From positions 95,914,001-95,978,000 of the forward strand of contig NC_043001.1 in assembly GCF_006345805.1 (NCBI RefSeq): a stretch of 64,000 bases of DNA, in the 5' to 3' direction. This DNA comes from Octopus sinensis (lineage: Eukaryota). This document shows, in pieces, positions 26,663-40,799 of the stretch. Numbering within the stretch: position 1 is the stretch's first letter; the number at the start of each line of letters is the position of its first letter. Under the pieces are notes generated by a model. It ran no database searches. It saw only the letters and a program-made list of their open reading frames with translations, and was not told the origin of the DNA. The position numbers were made by a program, and so were the translations under genes.

Positions 26663-29639
26663 CATGTATGTATCTATGCATACATGTGTTAAATTATGTA
26701 TATCTATATGTATATGCGTGTATGTATGTATGTGTGTGTCTGTGTGAAACAAAAGTCGGACGGTGAGTGATTGTCTTGTACAGGGAAAATCCAGCCCAGT
26801 AATGAAGAATAGCATAATACAGACCAAATTTTAAGTTTTGCAGACGAGGACAATTATTTAGTGGCACCAGTTTGCCAATCTATAGCCATACGACTCCGTA
26901 GTTATGGAATTTAATACTTGAAATATTAGTGACTATATTCAAATGTCTTGTAAACGTTATTATTCTTCGACAATGTATATAATTATAAGTGCTGTTAATG
27001 CTTATTCATATTTCTTGTCTGTTTAGTATGGGGATGTATTCTTAGGAATATGGTAATCGTATATATCATATTGTTTAATGAGCTTGTGAGGAATAATAAT
27101 TGCCCAACAATAGGGTAGTTTCGCTTTTTATAATCTTTACAATTCTCGTATGAGAAAAACGTAATATAGGAAATACGAAATAAAAATAGTGGTTGATATA
27201 TGTAGACAAAACACAGCGGTTTATAACGATAGCAAAATTATAACACAGATGATGCTGCAATTAATCTGAGCGTTAGTACAGAAATATATTTTATTCATTG
27301 GAACTGAAGGGAGGAGCATCGCCCATGCTTTATGTACAACGTTGGAGTTGGTTGGGAACAGTGCTAACTGTCGTCTCAAATTGTCGCATGTTGATATCTG
27401 ATACAATCGGATGGATTAATAGTTAGTGACAAAAGCTCGATGCTTTTTGCAGTGGTTAATGCATAATATTAGGTAACATAGATGAGTTGAAAGTAATTTT
27501 CGAGTTACCTTATCTTAGTAGCAGGAGATAAAGAGGAGAAAAATGATGATTATGCTATCAGCGAATGGAAACAGAACAAATATAATCCGTGGGCTAGAAG
27601 CTGCAGGAGAAATTTTGGAGGCTGGAAACGTAAAATTTGAGTTGATTAATAGTAGATATTTAGTGACACGCACAGTCTTTATCTAAACGATTCAGTTTGT
27701 TTAAGCAAAATAAACACATATGCAACAATATATATACATCTGTATAAATCGAAGGTACCACACACACACGCACACACACACGAACACACATACAAAAACA
27801 CACACAACACCGATGCATAAACAATATGAACTGAAAACTATTATCAGTCTTTGACACATTTTCGTGATATATATACATATATATATCGAAAAGCTGTGTT
27901 ATAACACTATTCCACATATACAAAAACAGCCATACCAACAATCTAACATAGCTCCATCATTAGCTGCCACACGGATATCATTATGGTGTCGACACCTGAG
28001 CAGTACCATTCAATCCGGTGGTGTCAACGGAACTAAAATAAATGTTGTTTAGGAATAAACAAACCAAAGAAACCATAACTTTCAAATACATTTACCGTAT
28101 GTACAACCGTATCGGTAATTAAATTCAATAAGTGACCAATCCTTTAAGACATGCAAATATTATAATCCCCACCACCTTCCAGAGTATAATATAAACATGA
28201 AAGTTTCAATCGTTCTTAATGCTATATATAACAGCAGAAAGAGTCGCTTCACCCTCGATAAATAAGATAATAGCCACTCACAGTCTATCAGACGCAACCA
28301 AAGGCTAAAACACAACCAAAAAGCCAAACGTTTGCGGTGATTTTCACCTTTCTTTTCACATATCTACTGAACATAAACTTCTTATGTGTCTGTGGCATGA
28401 AATCAAAACACGAAAAAGCTGCCGAAATGTAGTGGAAAATCTTCCGAAAATTCCTTGACTTTAACGTTAAAATCACAAACAGATCAATCTGAGCGACATT
28501 TTCTCCGTAAAAACAAAAGATTGTTTAATCAACGGCCAGCGACGTCAACATTTGCAACAGAGCTAAACGTACCTATTAAGTTACACTTTTGAAAATCAAT
28601 TAAAAGAGAAACCTGCTAAATACGTGTATTCACACGTGCGCACGTGCGCACCCTATATGTGTGTGCCTGTGTTTGTCTATGTATCTATGTATGTATCTAT
28701 TTATGTATACTTATTCATATACAAAAATATATATATATATATGAATAAGTACACATAAATAATTACACACATAGATACATAGACAAACACAGGCACACAC
28801 ACACATATGTATGTATGTGTGTATGTATGAATGCATGCATGTATAGCTGATTATTCAATCCATTAAGAAATTGTATTGTGTATTGCTCTGTATCTTATAC
28901 TCAATTCATTTTAATTTCTCTTCTCTAAAGATTAATTCCCGAAATGAAAGCTTGTATTCTCGTTCTCCTTTCACATATTTAGCTTCATAATACTAGTAAG
29001 TTGAACATTGTAGAATTGTAAATTTGTTACAGGACACACTCATAATTTTACAATCTCTGTGAAACAAATATTGCTATTTGAAAGTGTCTGTAGGATCAGT
29101 ATTGCGCTGGAAAATTTTCCTTGTGACATTTAGATATAAATCCGAAACTTATGTGCATGAGTGCATGGCAACACCGTCCCTATTTGATTTAAATAAAAAA
29201 AGAGAACAAGAGATATATGCTCTTTGGTATGTTTCTTCACTTCTATGTAATACAGAAATTCTAAACTTTAAATGGTTACATAGGTTTACGATAATGGTGT
29301 TTGTAACTAAATTGCTGCAGATTACGTAAAAGAGACTATAATCCCAGGAATATTGATGTTCATGAGCAATAACAACTATATCTAATTTAGTATTCTTTGA
29401 TTCATTCTATGCCTTCGAAAATAATATTCTTTTCGTTGCTGAATTAAGCATCTGCTAAAATTTTAATGTAAACAAATGGTCGTTATTTTTCTTAGCCTTA
29501 AAACACATTTGTTCTACATTGCAGAAGGCTCACTATAAATTTACACATGTGCATGCATGCATACATACATACATACATACATACAAACAGGCATATATAT
29601 ATATATATATATATATACATACATATTCATAAATAACAC

Positions 29640-29954
29640 AACGGTACCCCGTCGGTTACGGCGATGAGGATTCCAGTTGATCCAATCAATGTAATAGCCC
29701 TCTCGTGAAGTTAATGTGCAAGTGGCTGAGGGTTCGACTGACACGTGTACCCTTAACGTAGTTCTCGGGGAGCTTCAGCTCGATACAGAGTGTGACATGA
29801 CTAGTCCTTTGAAATACAGTCACAATAGAACAAGAAGAAAGGGTGAGAGAATGTTGCGGCGAAAGAGTACAGCAGGTCTCGCCTCCAGCTCTTCCCGGAG
29901 CCTCGTACAGATTTAAGTGTTTTCGCTCAATAAACATAACACCCGGGAATCGAA
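29640..29954 (-). mobile_element. OR-like-headed SINE with tail type 2, 5'-truncated
   Basis: 5' body (gtttattgagcgaaaacac...ctgctgtactctttcgcc) shared with 10992-11266, followed by a different 3' half (gagaactacgttaagggtacacgtgtc...cgtaaccgacgggg). Confidence 0.85.
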
Positions 29955-29957
29955 AGG

Positions 29958-29994
<37 letters not shown>

Positions 29995-30055
29995 ATGTGT
30001 GTGGCAGTATATATATATATATATACATATACACACGCACACACATATGTGTGTG

Positions 30056-30099
<44 letters not shown>

Positions 30100-30499
30100 T
30101 GTGTGTATGTGTGTGTCTGTGATGGATAATAAAATGAATGGCTTACACCTGGTAATTTACTGGTATAGCAGGGTCACTTTTAATACTTTTCTTGCTGGAT
30201 TGCGTGTTTATTTCTCTTTTTGCCGTATGTAATTTTATTTTTGATCCTCTGCATAAATGTAAATATTTCCTCAGTCCGTTTTTTCTTTCTCTTTACAAAA
30301 CGGAATGTTACATTGCGGAATAGTCCTTTTAAATAGCTACATTTATTTATTACTCGACCAGATACATCTGCACCACTAGCTGCTCCTGAACAATATCCTG
30401 AGAGTCCCACCCAAGAGGAATCAATGCTGGATATGTCGAAACAATTGTCGTGATTAATAATAAATTCTCGCATGTTCCCTCTTCTGTCTTTTATTTGCC

Positions 30500-30513
30500 A
30501 TATATATATATAT

Positions 30514-30580
<67 letters not shown>

Positions 30581-30582
30581 GG

Positions 30583-30647
<65 letters not shown>

Positions 30648-30691
30648 AATAGATAGATAGATAGAATAGACATTTATATATATTATATATA

Positions 30692-30722
<31 letters not shown>

Positions 30723-30725
30723 CAT
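30500..30725. repeat. (TA)n/(GATA)n microsatellite
   Basis: Direct reading. Confidence 0.95.
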
Positions 30726-31397
30726 ATCCACGTGTACGCTTGTACGTGTGTGAATGTGTTTGCATTTGTTAAAATTGCATGTGGTATGAATGTGTGCATT
30801 GTTATATTATTGCAGGTGAAAAGTATTACGTAAGACATTTATCAATTACTTACCAACAATGCATTATTGTTATATTTTGTCAAAAACGGATATTGGTAAT
30901 GGAATATTTTGTGCAATTACGTTTTTTTTATGTAACATGCCATGATATTCTTCTGGTTTTTAATTGCGCAAACTAATGTCTAGCGTGACAAAAGTGAGAT
31001 ATTTGTTTCTTATACATTCTCATACATTTGTGCAGGCAATAAAATTCAGAAAAGTATTTCAAAGCACACAAGTAGTTGCAGAATATTCTTTGCTCAGATA
31101 CGTACACATGCATGTGTCTATGCATATTATATATATCTATATATATGTAAAAATAAAGTGAGAGAGGGGATAGATAGAATGAGAGGGAGAGAGAGCGAAT
31201 AGAGAGAATGTAACATGTGCACACTCACACTTATGTATATATATATATATAATATATATATTATATATATATTTATATTTATATATATATATCATTATTA
31301 TATTATACATTATATATATATTATATATTATATATATATATATATATAATTAAATACACATACACACACATATATGCATATATGTATGTTCGTATAT

Positions 31398-31440
<43 letters not shown>

Positions 31441-32172
31441 ATATATATATATGTGGTGGTGTGTGTGGGTGTGTGTGTGCCTGTGTATACATATATTCGC
31501 ACGCATGCAGATATGCATAAAAGGATGCATAGACAGATATATAGAGAAATAATTATATGGATGTGTAACTAGAGGGAGAGATAGGCGCCAGTGGAGTCTG
31601 CAAAATATATTCGTATTATACCTAACTTTATTACGAAACTTTAGACAATATTCCTTGAAATGACATATAAAGTTATGAAAAAAAAACTGGAGCTAACTAG
31701 TAATATTCACAAAGGGAAAGAAAACAGGAAAACAATACCCCTAACGGTTTTTTCGTGATATATTACTGTATTTTCTCTTCACAATGCATTTCTTGTCGGA
31801 CTCATTTCTTTTAGCCACATACATAATTATAGAATATTGTTTTCCTTTCTCTTCAAAACATTTCCTCCACTAAAATGCACTTAATGTAATCAAATACTAT
31901 TTTATTTGATTATTGAATCAAACATCATCGTATTTCCGACATACAGTATTATATTTTTGTTCTAAATATGTGTATGTAGACAGGTTGAAATAGTAAAGCA
32001 AACTATTTCCTTCTGCTACGACTGATGGCGACGCCTTTCCCTCGTCCCGTGCGTTCCTTTTACTTATGTCTGCTATCACGAGGTAGATCCGATTTACTGA
32101 TATTACGTACAAAGCACATCCGGTGCCTGAGTTTCCAGCGAATATGTGATCATATATTGCAACAATTCTCCT

Positions 32173-32204
<32 letters not shown>

Positions 32205-32334
32205 ATATATATAATATATAATATATTATATATATATATATATATATAGGGTGTATAACTCCAAACTTCCAGGGAAAATACATTCAATTTAGTATTATAT
32301 CAAATTTCACAATATAAATATATAAAATATAAAT

Positions 32335-32628
32335 TAGAGATAAAACCACAATTATGCAATTCAAACAATGATAGACATAAACCAAAACATAAATACCAAA
32401 TAAAATATATTTTTTATAAAACATATAACTAGATCACAAAAAGTATAAAAATGAATATTCAATATATAATAAGTAATAAGTATACTTATACTTATTATTA
32501 CTTACTATATATTGAATATTCCTTTTTATACGTTTTTGTGATCTAGTTATGTTTTATAAAGATATATTTTATTATTTATGTTTTATATCTATCATTGCTT
32601 GAATTTCACAATAGTGGTTTTATCTCTA
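32335..32628. repeat. ~290-bp nearly spacerless imperfect palindrome (foldback/MITE-like)
   Basis: The left arm tagagataaaaccac...ctagatcacaaaaa...gaatattcaatatata is mirrored by the right arm around aagtatactt (~32482). Confidence 0.9.
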
Positions 32629-32648
32629 CTTCATATTATATTATATTA

Positions 32649-32734
<86 letters not shown>

Positions 32735-32904
32735 TATATACTGCATGTTTAGCAAACTATCTTTCATAAAATCGCCAAGTCTGCAAGGTTGCCGATGTTT
32801 AGTTTAGACTGTTTTCATACCAGTTCCTTCGCACCCAACGCTCTCATCTCTTGTATTCGGCTGATTTATTTATTTCCAATTGTTAAAATAGGTATTCATT
32901 TATT

Positions 32905-33280
32905 TTCTCTTGCTTCAGTCATTTGTCTATAACGATGCTGGAATACATCCCTTGACATTTTTAGTGGAACAGATGAAACCCAGTATTAATTTATTTAGTC
33001 AGGAATTTATTTAACTGTACAAACTTACGCGGACGTAAACAAACCAGCACTGGTTTTCAAGTGATGTGGGTGCAGAAATACACTAACATACACACCACAC
33101 ACTCACACATATGTAAATGTAGCGGCTTCCAAAGAGTTTTCATCTACAAAATTCAATCAAATGGTATACGTCGGCACGAAGGTATAGTATGAGACACATG
33201 CTGAAAAGGCCGAACAGCGGAACTGAACCTGGAACCACACGTTTCTAAAGAAAGCTTCTTTATCGCACAGCCATACCCAC
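32905..33280 (-). mobile_element. Old SINE family A copy
   Basis: Diverged match to the family A tail (cttcagtcattt...gatgctgga) and head (gaacctggaaccac...cgcacagcca). Confidence 0.65.
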
Positions 33281-33364
33281 AAATGTGTTTCCCTTATATA
33301 TTTAAACGTCGAAATATATTAAATGAATTTCAGCCACGTCGATTTCAATATCGTTTGTCTTTCA

Positions 33365-33670
33365 GCTCTTACTTCTTTCAGTCATTAGACTACAGCCATA
33401 CTGGGCCACAACCTTCAAGAATTTTAGTCGAATGAATCGAGCCCAGTACGTATATTTATTTTTCGCCTTGCCTTCATTCTATCGGCTACGTCTACCGAAC
33501 CGCTACTTTAAGGAGACGTAAATATAGCAAGCTTTGATGGGGGACAAACACAGACAGAAAAACACACACACACAAATAATCGGCGAGACAGTATTATAAA
33601 AGACAACTGCCCAAGGTGCAGGTAGTGAGAGTGAACCCGGAACCATGAAGTTGGCCCAGCCACGTTTTCG
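33365..33670 (-). mobile_element. SINE family A copy with internal deletions
   Basis: cttacttctttcagtcattagact...accgaaccgct...ggggacaaacacagac...gcccaaggtgc...gaacccggaaccatg. Confidence 0.75.
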
Positions 33671-34064
33671 CCAACACAGACATATCTGTATAAGTCTGCG
33701 GTTACTGTCTTTCTTCTTTGAACTAATTGTTTTTAACTTGAATGTATTGCTTGCATATATACGCACGTTTAGATCGGCTTGTTTTTATGTTGTAAATATA
33801 ACGCAATGAATTATGAGAGGTGTTGTCATATCGTCTGGAAATACTAGAGGTGTCCGCCCAGCAATTCAACAGACAACGTAATTTCGATATTTCATGAATG
33901 TACAGTCTGAAGCTTTTATCGACTGATTCTTTTGTTAATACTTGGTAAGGTTTTTAAATGTATGCTTACGACTGATATATCCTAACTGTAGTAAACCTTG
34001 TCGCGAGTTGTGAAATAATGAAAACATTATTAACGTTGACTGAGACAATTAGAATATGTATGTA

Positions 34065-34162
<98 letters not shown>

Positions 34163-35203
34163 TTGTGAGTAGAACACCGCAAGAGTTTATAGTGCTAGTA
34201 ATCTACAGTTATTTATTGAAAATAAATAGCTATAGAAACTTTCAGACTTGTGATTGACTTGAGAAAACTTTTGAGGAGTCAGCCCCGACGGCAAATCGAG
34301 GAATAGGCATATTAAGGCTGGCCGTTAATTTCTTTGAAATGTTTTCTGAGGTGTTTGGGACCACCTGCTATCCACTATTTCACCTGGGTCTACTCTGACC
34401 CAGAGCTGTAGCACCTGTCAGGATCCCACCCATGGGAATATACATGTGTGCGTAGGCACCAAAAATATCTGGGATTGTCAGCCCTTAGCTATTGTCATAT
34501 CATCTGTGAAGGAGAGGGAGGCCCTAATGTAAAATCTGCAGTTTCAAGTGTCTACTGGTCAAAAAGGTTTGGCCTATCACTAGATATTATTACGGAGGCT
34601 CAGAGATTGACCTATCACTAGATGTTATCACGTAGACTCAGGGAGTGGTGCTCTAACGACATTCATGTTATCTCTCTATCGTAACCTCATTTCCAATTCC
34701 ATTTACTTAAACCCTACGGTAATGGAAGAAGGGGGACATATGCAGACCTAACCACTTGGAAGCATACAGTAAGTTACAATATTCGCTTGATGCTCATGCT
34801 TCAATTTATGTAGATCTGAAACGGAATTGAACAGTAATCTAATAGATCATGAACAGGATGCCCGAAATGCCATTAATATCAAACAAGCACTGAGACAGGG
34901 CAGTCACGTGTGAAGAGGATGCAATCACCATGTGCGCATCCCTTTTTGCCATCGTACGCTACCACTGTTGCTAACAAGCACAGGCGCATTTCAATGACTG
35001 AAATTGTAAGATATATGATGTGTATACATGGTGGCGCATGAATATGCATGGGAGGAGATCATTGTGACACCAAACCATATTAAGTGCAAACTTTGTGCGT
35101 TTTTTTTAGGGAATGCGTGGATTAATAGTAGTAAATATGATTTAAAAAATTTGATATTCAAGAAAGTATACATAAATGCATAAAGGGTACTGAATATGCT
35201 GAC

Positions 35204-35288
35204 CTGTGCTGCGTTGTGAGATATGATGTTGGAAACGTAGCCTAAAGTGTAATGCACTTCGTGTTCTGTATTGATTTCATCATCATTT
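35204..35288 (-). CDS. Candidate 85-bp host exon (NDDEINTEHEVHYTLGYVSNIISHNAAQ)
   Basis: Acceptor ttgttcttcaccag, open frame and donor CAG|gtcagc; no homology recognised. Confidence 0.25.
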
Positions 35289-35380
35289 CTGGTGAAGAAC
35301 AATTCTAACAATACGAACGGACAATCATTCTTTTCAACAACATAATGCATTTGGCAGGGGAATGTTACATATTCACATGC

Positions 35381-35486
<106 letters not shown>

Positions 35487-35691
35487 CATATATACATATA
35501 TGATTACATATGTATGTAAATGTGTGTATATATGTGTCTGTATGCGTGTGGATGCGTGTGCTTGTACATGCGCGTATAGATATGCATATATATATGTGTA
35601 CATGTATGTAAAATATTTGCCCCTTCACTCCTCTCTGTGAATGCTTGCATGCATGTGTATATACGTTATTTTATGAGCGGTGCGTTTGTCT

Positions 35692-35756
<65 letters not shown>

Positions 35757-35812
35757 TGTATGTATATATATAATATATATATATACTTATATATGCGTGT
35801 ATGTTTGTGTAC

Positions 35813-35851
<39 letters not shown>

Positions 35852-36829
35852 CACACATATATATTATATATTTGTATATATGCGCGTCTGTGTGTGTTTG
35901 TATATATAGTTATATATGGATACATTGTTGTTTCCAGTCTTTGCTCATTTTTATTATCGTTATTTTGTTGCTATTCATTCGTCTTTGGGAACAATACAGC
36001 TATAAAGAATATAACAAGGAACCATTTTGAGAATGTATAATCAATGCTAACCGAAATTATTGAAGCAGATGTAATATTTGCTAGGAGGTAGCGAGAAATG
36101 TAAGAAACATAATGATAGTTATGTAACAATATTATAAAATATCCACCAAAGAAATAATGATTTATAAAATATAGAAAAGGCGCAGTGAGGTAAAAATAGA
36201 CAAAATAAAGAATTGTATATCATTTGAATAATACCTTATTGTTTGTAATGATTGCAACCGTTACGTAATAATAAAATTCTCCATCTCCGCTCCTTCTATT
36301 TCGGTAGGAAAATAAGTATAATAATTTAGATTTGCCTGCAGTTTTGGATTGCGTCAACTGATATATAGATACATTACGTTAAAGGGATAGTTTCACCACT
36401 ATGTATCGTAGTATCATCTTTTGAGTGATCGAAGGTTCTGCTTTGAAATAAAATGGCATAACGATTCTGCGGATTGTATCTGAATTAGTTTCTAGAAAAT
36501 TTGGATGGCATTTTAATGACCTACCCGTCTTCTTTAGTACATTGTCGATTTATTTACTCCGGGAAGGAGGGTATACCTAATGAGAAAGATGAATATCTCA
36601 CTGAAAATGGTGTTATTTTGTAAGATTCAAACTCTTCCCAGAAGATGTGAAAAATCTCACATTCTAATATATTTCTACTTATGAAAAGATTCATCTCAAA
36701 GTAGCTATATATGATCATGCAAATGTAAATATTCCGCATCGAAATAATGTCAGGCCAAATCAACTACATTTTAAAATAACGTACCAGTGAATCTCAGTAT
36801 TCTGTTGACACTAATACGTTTCCATTCTC

Positions 36830-36960
36830 CCCCGAGGTCGACTTAGCCTTTCATCCTTTCGGGGTCTATAAATTCAGTATCAGTTTTATACTGGGGTCGA
36901 TCTAATCGACTGGACTTCTCATCCAAAATTTCGAGCCTTGTACCTAGAGTAGAAAATAAT
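36830..36960 (+). mobile_element. SINE family B 3' half
   Basis: ccgaggtcgacttagcctttcatcctttcggggtctataaattcagtatcag...ctggggtcgatctaatcgact. Confidence 0.85.
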
Positions 36961-37592
36961 GAGTTTCCCTTCTTATTTCAAAGTTATCTGTTATCAGAGA
37001 CGATTTGGACTCAGAGCAGGAGATTTAAAGCAATAGATTCTTACTGTGCCTACTTGTTTTTATATTGATGTGTATGTAAACGTAAATATATTCTTAGATC
37101 ATATATGTTCATTTGAAACAGTAGAAATCCAATTAATATTGAAAATTGCTCCATAACTTCCATTTATGCACTGATGGTCTGTCTCAGACTATCCATAAAC
37201 AGCGGGAACCAATTAAAATAGCAGAAACACATGCGAGTTGCAACTGTGAACGTGCCCAGTATGCGATATACTGTCACACATACAACGTGGTGAAAATATG
37301 CTTACCCCAACAAGCAGCAAAATTATAATTTTGCACTCTTTTACAGAAATATATACTGCTTTTTACCAATGCTAATTCTGTACAGCACTAAGAACTTTAT
37401 CCGTATATTTAGCCAATCCTGTACAGACATAAGGCTTTCATCTGTATATTTAGCAATTTTTTTAGCCACTTTCATAGTATTAATTGTTTGGTAAGAAACA
37501 TTTCTTTTTCAACTGCATTTATTTTTACTCAACTGAACTTGCTATTTATACGGCCTTCGTATTCCCATCCATCACATCCTTATCATCACGTC

Positions 37593-37722
37593 CCTAGTAA
37601 CCACTACTGACTAATCTTCTCTCATTAGAATACCGCCATTTTAGAATTCAATATTCGCCCTTAAAAAGCCACCTTCAAACATTCATTTTCAACATTAATC
37701 TCTCTGCTGTTACCCAGGCAAC
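37593..37722. promoter_or_regulatory. Promoter-like cluster: RFX X-box (37709-37722), YY1-type motif (37633-37642), RFX half-site (37593-37601)
   Basis: gttacccaggcaac fits GTNRCC-N2-RGYAAC; ccgccatttt is AAAATGGCGG on the minus strand; cctagtaac; all in repeat-free DNA. Confidence 0.45.
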
Positions 37723-38257
37723 AGTAAACTTCTGACGGTGAGCTTTAGAGATCACACAAATATTATTGAACAAAAATATGCACAATTAATTTGTAAGACA
37801 GGTACAATTCTCAATTATCTCATCCATGGCAGAAGCAAGTTACAGAACCCATTATGCGGATTATAATAATAACAATATATTCACGACAAGAAAAATCGAA
37901 TCAAATACTGATAAACCCAAAACTTTCATAATAAATTTACTGACATTGAAATACAAAAGATTTACAAGGCACGTATATTGGCGATCCCATGTTAAAAATT
38001 GGAACTGTCAATTTCTTTACACAATCTTACTGATTAGTTTGCATCCAACATGAAACAGAACTAAAATATTCATGTAAAAGATACACCCACATACACATGC
38101 ATACTCTCACACACATATTCACATATATCTATTGATAAGATTGCAAAAGCAACGAAAATTTTAGAAATTATAAAAGAATTAAAAAAATAAATTAAAATAA
38201 GTAGAATTTGAATGCGCGAGTGTGTTGGATATTAAAGCATTATTAGACACCCCAGAC

Positions 38258-38337
<80 letters not shown>

Positions 38338-38620
38338 GTATATATATACATATATATATATGCGTGTGAGTGAGTGTGTGTGTGTGTGTATATATATATA
38401 TAGTCACCAACATAATACACGAAAACTCATTATAATTCTATCATCATTTATGTACTAAACAACCCCATTCACAAATTGCAAGATTGTTAGCCGTATTCAA
38501 ATCATCAGGAAGAAAGAATATGCTCAGCACTGACATTATAAGACACACAGTGTCTGTCACATAATAACATCTTTGATAAAAACATACTTATCAGCCGAGA
38601 TTTATAGGCGTAGATACATG

Positions 38621-38854
38621 GGCACAAGTGTATCTGTGGCGTAAGCAGATTGCCCTCCAGCATCATGGTTCCAGGTTCAGTCCCACTGTGTGACAGTTTA
38701 CCCAGATGCCATGTTCTATAGCCCGACACCGTCCAAAGCTTTGTGGGTAAATTTGGTAGACGGAAATTGAGTGAAACCCGTCGTAATTATATACATAATC
38801 ATGTGTGCATGCATGTATGTATTTATCTATGTATACATGCACATACACACACAC

Positions 38855-38892
<38 letters not shown>

Positions 38893-39075
38893 TTATATAT
38901 ATATTTGTATTTGTATGCATGTAGTTATGACTCTATGTGCATGAGAATGTTTCTGTGTTGGTATTCGTTTCCCATTACTCCTCGACAAACGGGCCTACTT
39001 TGTTTACATCCCTGTAACATAGCATTTCAGCAAAATAGACGGATACATTAAGGACCAGATTTCAAAAACATGATT
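38621..39075 (+). mobile_element. Old SINE family A copy
   Basis: catggttccaggttcagtcccactg...tttggtagacggaaattgagtgaaacccgtcgta, followed by the internal microsatellite and a decayed tail. Confidence 0.75.
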
Positions 39076-39554
39076 TAAATACTGGTGTTTATTTCTCTGA
39101 TTAAGCCTTAAAAACGTGGCTTCCCAATATGGGCGCAATCTAATTAATGAAGTAAGCAACACACGCGTCTCTGCCCTCTTCAATCCACATTTTTCACTCT
39201 GCCAATTATGTGTCAAACCGGCGTCACTCGGAATGCTTCGCTCTATTTCAGAAATGACTGGGAAAATTGTGAGAATATTGGACCAGTTGTATTGGGACGT
39301 CTGGGGTGCAAATAGCACCACACCCTCCTTGGATGGCAGATTTTATCTGTAACGACAATTAATGCTATCACCAGACACTGGGTTTATTTAGCGGAGTCCT
39401 GTTTTTTGCAGGTGTTTGGGGTCGTTTCTGGTTTTAGTAGACATCTCCTCCACCCTCTCACAGATTTCGGAGGCGCTTCAGTGGACTATGTACCTACTGC
39501 TGCTGCTGCTAAGCTGCTGCTGCTGATGATGATGATAATGATGACGATGATGAT

Positions 39555-39753
39555 CCTTTCTACTTCAGGTACAGGACCTCAAATTTGGTGAGAGGGGATT
39601 CTCGATTACATCGACCTAGTACTTAATTTAGCGACACCGAAAGGATGAAAGAAAAAGTTGACCTCAGTGGAATATGAACTCAGAAAAAAGAAGGGCGAAA
39701 TACCGCTAAGCATTTGGCCCGCCGAGCTAACCGTTCTGCAAGCTCATCGCCTT
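39555..39753 (-). mobile_element. SINE family B copy within (GAT)n/(GCT)n tracts
   Basis: cgattacatcgacc...gaaaggatgaaag...gttgacctcagtggaatatgaactcag...ataccgctaagcattt...gttctgcaagctcatcgcctt. Confidence 0.8.
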
Positions 39754-39959
39754 AAGATGATGAGGATAATAATGATACGAAGGAAAGATGGTGACTGTGG
39801 ACACTTACAACTTGAATTCACAATGAAGTTTGTCACAAATGGCCTTAAACGCTTATCGGAAAATTTCCGAAGACTATTTGCTAAAACTTGTCTTAAACCA
39901 CGAAATCAAGATAACCACATACTAAATAACAAAACAAACAGGTAAAAAGCTAAGTGAAT

Positions 39960-40297
39960 TCCAAATACAGCAACTTACAGAATTAGACGTACTGGAAACA
40001 AGCACAGAAAAGGCCAAGTGCATGAAAACCCTTGCTAACACTGCTGCCTTAGATATTCTTACTAATAAATAGCACGGAAACCTCGCAATGGCGAATACCC
40101 AAAGACAGGTAATAATGTTGATGTTGAAAGAGACTTTACCCATAAATGGTTAGCATCTTCAGGCTTAAAATTGGAGACAGAAGAGTTTATCATAGCAGCC
40201 CATGATCAATGCCTACCTACAAGAAACTTCCAGGACAACATCTTAAAGAGCGGCAGTAGATCAACATATCGTGTATATAAACAAGCAGTCGAGTATT
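39960..40297 (+). pseudogene. Diverged R4/Dong-type ORF fragment (pre-CCHC region)
   Basis: KPRNGEYPKTGNNVDVERDFTHKWLASSGLKLETEEFIIAAHDQCLPTRNFQDNILKSG aligns with KPLHGKYVTRSKQADVDQKQTHQWLRSSGLKAESEGSILAAQDQSLLTRNYQANVMKNG of the large element. Confidence 0.85.
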
Positions 40298-40400
40298 GAT
40301 GTTGAGTATACTTTACCCCGATGTCACTTTGATGGTATGTACTGCTCTCTCAAAAACAACAACAACAACAGTAATAATAATAATAATAATAATATTTTTT

Positions 40401-40475
40401 TAATAACCACAAGGGGCTAGACACAGAAGGGACAAACAAGGACAGACAAACGGATTAAGTTGATTATATAATAAT

Positions 40476-40549
<74 letters not shown>

Positions 40550-40730
40550 GTTTTAAATTTTGCCACAAGGGTAGCTAATTTGGGGGATGGGGTGGGTCGA
40601 TAATAATGACCCCTAATGTTCAACTGCTACTTATTTTATCGGCGGAATTTGAATTCAGGTCATGAAGACGAATAAAATGCCGCTAACCATTTTGCCCGGT
40701 GTTCTAACGACTCTGCCAGCTCACTTCCTT
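40401..40730 (-). mobile_element. Two SINE family B pieces (40401-40468 and 40549-40730) separated by (TAA)n
   Basis: Tail ccacaaggggctagacacagaagggacaaacaaggacagac; head ggcggaatttgaa...gccgctaaccattttgcccgg...ctctgccagctc. Confidence 0.8.
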
Positions 40731-40736
40731 AAAGCC

Positions 40737-40748
40737 ATAATAATAATA

Positions 40749-40799
<51 letters not shown>

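Noticed and set aside
28288-28520. GPCR TM7/helix-8-like peptide (LFVILTLKSRNFRKIF)
   Set aside because: No NPxxY or other transmembrane helices, and no convincing splice context.
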